DNA of 64,000 nucleotides from Stylophora pistillata (Eukaryota): NCBI RefSeq assembly GCF_002571385.2, contig NW_019217810.1, positions 383,609 to 447,608 of the forward strand, read 5' to 3'. Shown piece by piece: positions 22,204 to 31,671 of this stretch (position 1 is its first letter; each line of letters starts with the position of its first letter). The notes under the pieces were generated by a model. It saw only the letters and a program-made list of their open reading frames with translations, ran no database searches and was not told where the DNA came from. The position numbers and the translations under genes were made by a program.

Positions 22204-25200
22204 ATGAAGGTACTATTTTTTGTGAGCGTTTTATTGTGTGCGGCAGCGAAAGGTAAGTTAAAAGAAGTGAGTTTACTTTTGAATAAGGGCCCATTTTGGT
22301 GATTTTTGTATAAGACCATAAATATTGTGGTATAAAATATCTTGTGACCTGTTCGTCAATGTACTAAAACAAACCTGGTTTGTGTGTTCATTCATAACAA
22401 TAATACATGTATTGAGAAACATTAAAGGTTGCATATTGAGGCAAGTAAACCTGCACTTCGCCCTCCTTTTAGCCAGGAACAGATGAAAAAGGAGAGACTC
22501 CTTCAGACGAATGTTATCGACTTTCTTCCTTAATATGTTTACATATAATCCCAAGTGAAACAGCGAAATGTTAGTCGATATCCCGCCCCTAAAAAAAAAC
22601 AAAAACAAAAAAAAACAAAAACAAGAAAAACAAAATACTAAAGTAAGTCACGTTTTACGAAGTATCATTACACGACTATCTTGTTCATTCTTGTGGTACG
22701 GTGACATGATTGGCGGGGAGTAAAGCTTACTTTTTCACTCATACTCCTCCGTGAATAAAAACAGGTTTAGGTCACCTTCTTATACTAACTTGGTCGGAAT
22801 TGCTTCATTGATATAAAGGTAGAAATGTAGGATGATTGAAAATAAGAAATAGCAGTAATAGCGACTCTCTTATAATATCACTGACTGTCGACTTTGACTT
22901 TTGTAAACCAACCGAAATAAAGCACAACCGTATGTAAATTAGCACCACTAAAGCAAGAAAACTTCATTATGTTTCCTCTACTTCGTTTCAGTCCTTGCTT
23001 TTCAGAGTTCCTACATACGGGACTGTTTGGATGCCCACAACGCAGTTCGAGCTCGGCATGGAGTGCCAGCCCTAAACTGGTCAGTAGATATCGCTGTTAG
23101 TGCACAGAAATGGGCCAATCATCTTGCAGCAATAGATCAACTTCAGCACGACTCTTCAACACCTTTTGGGGAAAATCTGTTTTACATGTACGGAGGTGAC
23201 CCAGAGCAAGCTTGCGGTCGGGCAGTGAATAACTGGTACCAGGAGGGTAAAAATTATGACTTCAGGTCTCCACATCTCGATGAGAGCACCAGTAAGTGAC
23301 CGAAGACTAGACTGGTCTATTTTAAAGAGATCATACGCATAAACCAGGTCACAAACTGTTTGTTCTGCATGAACATAAAAAAGTAACTTGTGGTCACAAA
23401 GCCATGGCTGTTGCACTATTAAACCTTTCAATTTGTTTCTTCCTAAGTTGAAATGCCCAATGGCCTCTTTACCATTGACCGGAACCAACCGTTTGGGATT
23501 TAACCTCTGATATAGCCACTCGCGATTTGGACGAGGGTTTTGGCTACCCCGTAGTACAGATATGCATATTGCGAAGTGAGCAAAATCCATTGAACTCCAT
23601 GATCCTTTTTCAGGTCAGTTCAGCCAGTTAGTTTGGCGGGGCTCTAAAGATGTTGGCATTGGTACGGCACAGAGTAAATCCGGAAACTTTTTTCTGGTGG
23701 CTCGCTACAGTCCCCGTGGAAATATCGATGGTAAATTCGACGACAACGTTCTGGATGTAATGGGACAGCCTTCAATTGAAAGTAGTCCAGAGACGAAAGA
23801 TGATAAAGCGTCCGGCAACAATCCAGGTGAGAAAATCATCGTCAAAAATGGCGAAAAAATCTCATAAAAATTAATAGAAGGAGTAAATACCGTTATGTTT
23901 TAATTTGATCAGCATGGACGCAAATATAATGGTGGGCGATGAGTTTGTTGGACGTTTCAGCCGATGCTGCATGCTACTCCAATTTTTTATGGCCTCCAGA
24001 CATAATCTACGGCCATCACCATTAAAGTTGCAAGACCTTACGCACCTAGTTGAGACTTACGTATCATTTACAAGCTGTAATAAAAATTTCTGTTCGCTTT
24101 ACCGGTATTAAGAAGATTTTAACTTGTAAGAAGAAGGAAATGTCATATTCAAGTGATATTTAAGTGATATAACAATAAAAAACTCATGGAACCTTAAAGA
24201 GCCATACTCCAATTGTTACCTACATAATTTGTGATAAAAGGGATCGTTATATTTTTGTTCAGCTCAAGGTGAATCTTCAAATCCGCAAGCTAGTAAGGAC
24301 CAAAACCTTGTTTATTTCAAGGAAGTAAACCTTCATCCGAGTATGGCAGATCTGGATAACACGACTGAACCAAACCCCCCTCCAATACAACAAGCTAGTG
24401 TAGAATCTGGAACAAATGAGGGCGCATCTTTGGAAGGCAGTCGAGGACCTGAGGAGAGTTACCCCAATTCTATACCAGAGAGTCACGTTTCGGACAGTAA
24501 AGACCCCTCTTATGCTTCTAATTCTGGGACGAATGAAGCACTAAGTGTTTCCCAACAGGCTTTAAACGAGCCAGAAACCATACCAAATAACGCAGAGGCC
24601 AGTTTGGTAAGCCCAAATGAGGAGCCAAGTCATAAAGAAGACAGCGATTTAAATAGAAAACTAAGTTCTTCTGAACCAGATAACATGAATAATGAAGTTT
24701 TGCCTCTGTATGAGGGTTCTGACATCAATGCCATGAATTCGGGAGCCCTACATCAGGGATCCGAAATAAAAGACATGAAAGCAAGGCCTACTTATGCTGC
24801 TTTGAATCCAGCAGAGATGTTTACCAGGCCAGGAATCGAGGACAGTAGAAAGGCTAAGGAGACTTCAAACTATGATCGGCAGGAAGAAAAAGATGCGAGA
24901 CTAGAGAACTTTGCTAATTTACCTATGAACGATGAGGAGCCGCCAAAGAGTGATAAACCACCTGGCCTCTCATACGTGATTCCTCTGGCTGCTAAAATAC
25001 CCAAGAAGCCCGCAGTAACACCAATAAAGTTGCCCCCCGCCATATCTCTAATCACGCCAAAGAGAGGTATGACATAGTTTCAAAGAAATTCTTCTTTTGT
25101 GAGATGGAAAGTTTACCTATTTTTCAGTAGTTTTTTAACGGTACCATAAGAAAACAATATTACCCCGCATTCCATTCACAGAGAATGACAAAAAAAATTG

Positions 25201-28200
25201 TCGCTTTGTTTGACATGATTCATAGGTAAAGATTTCCGAGTGGAAATTCGCTTCACCAAGATGGCTTATACTGATGAGATGCGAGTGCCAGGCAGTAAGG
25301 ACTTCGAAGAAGCAAAAAGAAACATAACGAGCGCCGTAAGTATTTAACTCAACTTTTTGAGTTTGTATTTGGTTAAGTTTCTTCGTGTTCTTGACTCTGA
25401 GGCTGCGTTCACACTTGGTGCTCGAGCACGGTGCCCGAGTACGATTCTTGATGTGAACACACCATTTTTTAGGAAACCCACGCAAGAATTCGGGCACCGT
25501 GCGCGTGCCCGAGTACAAGATCAACCGGGCACAGATATAACGGGTACCCAGTGTGTGAACTAAGATAATATGTAACGAAATACTGTTAGAAGTATGCTAG
25601 ACCATACGCACGTGCACATGATCTGATAATAATATGGATATATTTAACCCTAGCAGTCCGTTGAATTATTAAAACAAGCTTTATAACCTAAACTCTTCGT
25701 TACATAATCCATTTGCGCTCAGTTCTCAGTATCGTCAATGTCTATGGTCTCGTAAACTAGATATTTAAAATTAATTTTGATCGTAAAACGATCTGATTTT
25801 TGTTCTTTTAGCTGAACGGTTTTGTTTAATGCCAGTGAAGTTATATTGTGCTTTTGGAGTGAATAGCGTTTTGTCAAGAAAAAACAGCCGAGGGAGGTGG
25901 TCCTAAAAGGAAATTACCCTTAGGAAGGATTGCTAACACTGTGTGTTAAATCCTCCATTCTTGCATTATTCTGATAACTTCCTTTTTCAGATTATTAATC
26001 TGTTGGACGATGATGACGAATTTCAAGAAGTGCAGCTCATATCGATACGGTACGATAAACGTGGTGCCTGCTGAAACTAATAGATAGATCGTCTTGCGAG
26101 CTAAAACCATGTACTCTTCTAAACGGTATCCATTTTTTATGTTAAGAGCAGTATCCACCGGATGCGTTTAAATTAAGTCCTTCCACGCAAACAGCGAAGT
26201 TTACGACCGGTACCAAGCGTTTGCAGAATAGTTTTTACGTATGATGCACGATTCTTCGCAGTAGATAGCGCTATTTATGCAATAGCGAAAATCAGACCTG
26301 AAAAAAATCAGGCTTGTACGGGATTCGAACCACTGACCTCTGCGATACTAGTGCAGCGCTCTACCAATTGAGCTAACAAGCCAACTGGGAGCAGGCCGTT
26401 AAGTTTATTCGTAATAAAATCTACCATCTACACTTTTTAACTGTTTCACCAATGTCAAAGAAATACAAGTACCTTATTATCACTGTGCATGTTTAGGCTA
26501 TCCAACTGAGGTTACCATAGCAACGGTTTAGCCAATCTTATTATTTTCAAATTCGAAGATTAGAGAACAATTGTAAGAATGATGTCGATCATCCAAATTT
26601 TCCTAGATCGTTTAAAGTGCTACCGAGACGAAAATTGATGTTCTTCAAAACAAATTTTATTATGCCGACAATTAAAGTTTAGATCCTAAACGAAAAGAAA
26701 AAATACCGTTCCGCCATTGCTCAAACTACAACAACTGAACCAACGGTATTTTTTCAGCGTTTTTGCCCATCGTGACATCATATTATTCCTTTCGACGAAG
26801 CTCTGTCTAAGTAGATAAAGGAATTTGTCGATCGTGCTTGAAAAACGTTGCTGTTCGTCATTTTAACCGATAGTAATAGTACTATTTCTTTCGATGAGGG
26901 GTCCATGGATGATTGCTGTAGTGAGAGCTAGAGCTTCAAAAGCGGCCTACTGGTGAAGCAGAAGTTCATAATACAAAGTTTAGAATATATGTTCTCAGTT
27001 AAGCTTTTTGCAGCAGAATAAAAATACTTCCTTAAAGGCTATCTTTGTGTTTTAAGGTGTCTTCGAACTGTACTCTTCCATTTTGCTAGAAGTTCAAATC
27101 TTTTTCCTTTGTCGTACTATGACTTAAGGCCGTTATGCAACGCTTTTCCGAGCTAAATTGTGGTTTACTATGGCTTCGAAGAAGATCAATAGCCTGTTTG
27201 TTTCTATGAATTGTTTTAATTATTACACATTACTTCAAACTCGTATTTGTACAGCTTTTCGTCCTCCGAAAAAACTCAGAATGCTACGGAAATTTTACGA
27301 AGTAGTACTACTTTAATTGATTCTCAGGGAACAAAAGTATTTTGTGTACATTGTTACCGTGACACCTAAGAACTGTGAACTCCAGAAATTCATGTACTTA
27401 TGTAATGTCCTGGTATTTCAAGGAAAAAGCCACAAGCAGGATTACTAAATATCAGCAACAGAGTTTGCTCACTCCCGGATTTTGTGTCGGATACCACACA
27501 GCTGTCCCGTGAGAATNTCCACCGGATGCGTTTAAATTAAGTCCTTCCACGCAAACAGCGAAGTTTACGACCGGTACCAAGCGTTTGCAGAATAGTTTTT
27601 ACGTATGATGCACGATTCTTCGCAGTAGATAGCGCTATTTATGCAATAGCGAAAATCAGACCTGAAAAAAATCAGGCCTGTACGGGATTCGAACCACTGA
27701 CCTCTGCGATACTAGTGCAGCGCTCTACCAATTGAGCTAACAAGCCAACTGGGAGCAGGCCGTTAAGTTGATTCGTAATAAATCCGTGATGATAAATCAG
27801 ATACAATGGATATAAGAACTTCATCTATCCATTGTATCAGAATAGTTTTTCATCATAAAATGTAGAAAACACAGGAAAGCAATTTTTTTTTAAATTCTGG
27901 GGCCCACAGGTGTATTCTGTCGCTGGTTTCCAATGCAATTTAGAAACCGTTTCTTCACACAAAGCAAAGAGCTCATATAAAAATGAGCACCGCGATAGGA
28001 GTAATATTTCAATTAATAGTCATGGCGCGGAATGACTCGTCTTCACCAATAAGTCTGACTGAAATTATTTATTCACCGTAGAAATGGTAGTGTGATAGCT
28101 ACACTTGGGCTGCTTTTTAAGAAGGACAAACCAGGAAATCTCAACCGTCTATCCTTAGCTCTGATTTCCGGAAAGATCGGACGTTTTCCCGTGGCAGCCA

Positions 28201-30177
28201 AATATGAGTCAGCAGGTAAGAGAAAAAGGACCCGTTCTTTGCTTTAGTGAAAACAAATTTTGGCTTTCTAATGTCTAAGGTAAAGGAAAATTCTTCTCTA
28301 GGTAAACTGAGTGGCATCTCAGCGGAACACATGTTTTTCTTTGGTGCACCATGACAAGCGAAAGATGAGTTGACTTGGTTTCGATACAAGTCTTGCATGC
28401 TTGCCTATGTCAGTTTTACTTTGCTGGCTCTATTTACTTTACCTGGTAGTCACCACAAAACGGTCAACTGAAAACAACTCAACAATATCTGATAACTTTA
28501 TAATCAAATTTTAATAGGAGGCAGTGTGGCCGAGTGGTTAGAGTGTCGGACTTGTAATCCGCCGCTCCCGGGTTCGAATCCCACCCTGACCACTGGATCC
28601 AGGCTGTCTCACGGTAGCCCCGAGTTCAGATCCTTGGCCACGCTTGTAAATAGCCAACTGGTTTGCCTTCGGCCGGTTGGGGTTCTTAGACCATTTGCTT
28701 CATTTGTTTGCAAGGACCACAATGGAAACTACTGGTTCACCAGTAATTGTGTAATCCTAACAAGACTTTTTCATTTTTTTTTTTTCATCATAGGCAGTTT
28801 TTAGGATTGAATTTAAAAACATGCCTTTGTGTGTTTGTTTTTCTTTTCAGTTGCTCTACCTGCAGGATATCTAAAACCTAACAGACCAATACAGAAACAA
28901 GGTGTAGGGGTTTGCGCACAACCATGCTCCAAACCAAACATCTGCTACTCCACAGGTTGCGGTGTAGCCTGCTGTGCCTTCCACCCTCATGAAAACAAGT
29001 ATCACCCCCCTGCACGCCTCTTGCCACAGGTGCTCCCATCATGCCCTGGTACATGCGACGACAGCTGTTTCCCGGATTGTGATGATGATTGTTGCACTGA
29101 CATGATGCAGGATGCTCCTCCGGCGCCCGCCGCAATGGCAGGTGCTAGTCCTAGCATGACATGTCCGGGATCTTGTCATTTCTCGTGTTATCCTCAGTGC
29201 AGCCCACATTGCTGTAATACACAATACGTGCCTAACCCATGCCATCCCTCGTGCCCAGCCTACTGCGCGCCAAGTTGTGATAACGCTTGTTGCGCGGCTA
29301 GAAAATCCATAGTTAATAGGTAAGTTTCTCAATCTGTCGGATGCGATAGCATAATTCATTGGTAAAAGCATGATAGCACAGAAGCATGAAAGGAAGAGCT
29401 TTTATCATTTACCCACAATTTGTCAAAATAAAACCGAACATAAAAATATAGACACGCTCTCCCTTATGCCTAGAATAGAAAGATCCAAGAATATAGGTCC
29501 TCGCCCATTCGCATGTAGGGTCGACGATCCTGTCATTGTCCTTGCCTATGCGCTTAACTGCGTGAGACGTTGTAAGTCAAATCCTCTGTTCTTTAACTTC
29601 CCCTTTTTTTTATATCGGGTTACTCTTCTGCCCTCAATCAAATATCTTTCAAGATCTAAGCTCGAATAGCTAAGCTTCAAGATGAGTCAAGAGAATTTGT
29701 GTTCTATCATCCTCTAGCGTACAAGCTCGTCTCTTTGTATTTCCTTTTTATCCCAGATATAGTGATGATATTATGCGACAAATTTCCTGTTGATCACGTC
29801 TCGGTTTAATTCAAAAAGCAAATATTCAACGGGACTCTTTCAGTAATCTACATCTGCACACCACTTAGACTACAGCCTAATTGTTGCGGCTAAACTAACT
29901 ATTAAATACTTCTAGACTCTCCAAACAGTACAGCCGGTACAGAAGTGCCCAACGAGCCATAGCACGTCAGATGTACTTGAGAAAGCATCTCAAACTACCA
30001 TTCAGACGTCCGAAACCAGTAAGACTGGCTCGACCAGTGCGGCCAAGACAGAGGTCTTACTACACGAGACGCGTTCGACCAGAGAGCCTAGGACTTGAAG
30101 AATATGACCGAAGTATCATTCATTCTGCGCAGACAGAAACCTCTTCTAGAAATGGTGCACAGTTTTTAACTGTCTGA
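22204..30177 (+). CDS. Gene C: secreted CAP/SCP (GAPR-1-like) domain, acidic linker, four minicollagen-type CRDs and an Arg-rich tail (NOWA-like), ~698 aa
   Basis: Exons 22204-22252, 22992-23291, 23614-23826, 24263-25066, 28851-29319 and 29916-30177 (2097 nt, phases consistent). Signal MKVLFFVSVLLCAAAKVLA; CAP motifs LDAHNAVRARHG, GENL, WYQE, QFSQLVW, LVARYSPRGN; CRDs in exon 5. The last exon is less certain. Confidence 0.85.
25399..25563. mobile_element. Short MITE in gene C intron 4
   Basis: Inverted ends gcgttcacactt / agtgtgtgaac and internal cgggcac/gtgcccg inverted motifs. Confidence 0.45.
26311..26382 (-). repeat. tRNA-like segment of an interspersed repeat (SINE-like); second copy at 27675-27746
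   Basis: GGCTTGTTAGCTCAATTGGTAGAGCG...GGTTCGAATCCCGTACAAGCC with A and B boxes, a mismatched anticodon stem and repeat-type flanks (cctgatttttttcaggtc). Confidence 0.65.
28517..28690 (+). mobile_element. tRNA-derived SINE
   Basis: A box TGGCCGAGTGG and B box GGTTCGAATCC, followed by a non-tRNA body (cggtagccccgagttcagatccttggccacgcttgtaaatagccaactggtt). Confidence 0.75.
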
Positions 30178-30194
30178 TATGAGATTACGAATTG

Positions 30195-30960
30195 CAGTTG
30201 TTTCGCGCACGAGTCGTTTCGCAAACGACTAGTTTGGTAACGTCACAGGTCGTTTCACTAACGTCTCAGGTCAGTTCACTAATCGTTTCGCTGACGCGCT
30301 TGGATTTATTGCACAGTGAACGAATGAAAACCTCTCAAGTAATCCTTTACTTTGAATCGAAATAACTTGAGTTGTATCAAATCGACTTTCTGCGTGTATC
30401 GAACCAACTTTGTTGATTTATGGGATCGACCTCAGTTGGTCTTGAATCGACTTGTATCAAATAGACTCTCAGTGTGTACTGAAACGAACCAATTCCCATT
30501 CGACTTTTCAGTCCATTAGAAGTCGATCTAATTCGTTGGCGAAACGATCTACAGGATTATATCTTATTAACCAAGTGCGAGGGCCGTACTGGGAGAATAT
30601 CGGCCCGAGGTCTTGACAGTACGGACCGAGCGCAGCGAGGCAGCGAGGTCTGTACAAAAAAGACCGAGGGCCGATATTCTTCCAGTACGGTCCCGAGCAA
30701 GCTTGGTTAATAAGAGATTTATCATACGACTGAAGTTCAAAGGGACACAAGTGCGGTATCATTCGGGACCATTCGGGACAGTGCCCGGTCCAATACTTAG
30801 AGAATATTGGGCCGGCAATAGAGCATTTTGATTGGTTGATTTTAGTTATTGGCCCTCTGACTGCCCGAGTCGTATAATAAGTTGGCGAACTGCTCAATGA
30901 CGTTGGCGAAACGATCTAAGACGTAAGCGAACTGGTCGTTGGCGAAACGACCGGTTACCG
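30195..30960. mobile_element. Non-autonomous DNA transposon with gtcgtttcgc subterminal repeats; a second MITE is nested at ~30559-30880
   Basis: Left gtcgtttcgc arrays face right ggcgaaacgac arrays ending ccggttaccg. The nested element has a long inverted repeat tcttattaaccaag...gtactgggagaatatcggccc / gggccgatattcttccagtac...cttggttaataaga. Confidence 0.65.
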
Positions 30961-31620
30961 AAATTATAAATGAACAATGAAGAAACAACAATTCAGCAGA
31001 TACAGAACCTGGTTTTAAGTTTACAGTCTCAATTGCGGACGATTCGTCGCGGAATGCTACACACGAAAGGTGCTCACTATTGACAGAACTTCAAGAGGTT
31101 TAGAACAGACCAAAACAAATATAATTTGAAAGAAATCAGGATTAAACTACAGTGCTACCAACATAAATTTCGAATATTTCGCGAGATGTTCTTTTCATGA
31201 AGAGCAAATTAAGATGTTACATTGTGATAATAAAATTTACATTTCTCCTCAGGTAAACTAAGTTCTTTGCAAATGTTTCAATAAATGCGATTGTAATATT
31301 TTCAATATTCTTTTAGTACCTTGGTTTTCATTACGATATTTTTAAACCGCACCGTCTTGGGAGTACACAGTTCACGCAGAACAGACTACTATTTATCATT
31401 AAACTCCCACCATAAAATTCGTAATTTTCCTTTCAACTCGTGGACATTTTCAAACAACGAGTTATGAGAAGTTACATGTTATTTACTTCTGGAGAAGAAC
31501 GGTGTAACTGGGAAAGGGACAAAATAAAAAGCAAGTATGTGAAAGAAAAAGACTCCACAGAAAATGAAGACGGAAGGTTTATTCATATCTTTTCGAACGA
31601 CTGTTTACTGTTAAAATATT

Positions 31621-31639
31621 TTATTCCTCTTCGTCACCG

Positions 31640-31671
<32 letters not shown>

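Noticed and set aside
26511-26524. Perfect RFX X-box-like palindrome GTTACCATAGCAAC
   Set aside because: It lies deep in an intron within probable inserted or haplotype-specific sequence; a single motif is not evidence of function.
26311-28590. Functional tRNA genes (Thr-like at 26311-26382 and 27675-27746; another at ~28517-28590)
   Set aside because: Mismatched stems and continuation into repeat bodies indicate SINE-type sequences; tRNAscan-SE would be needed to overturn this.
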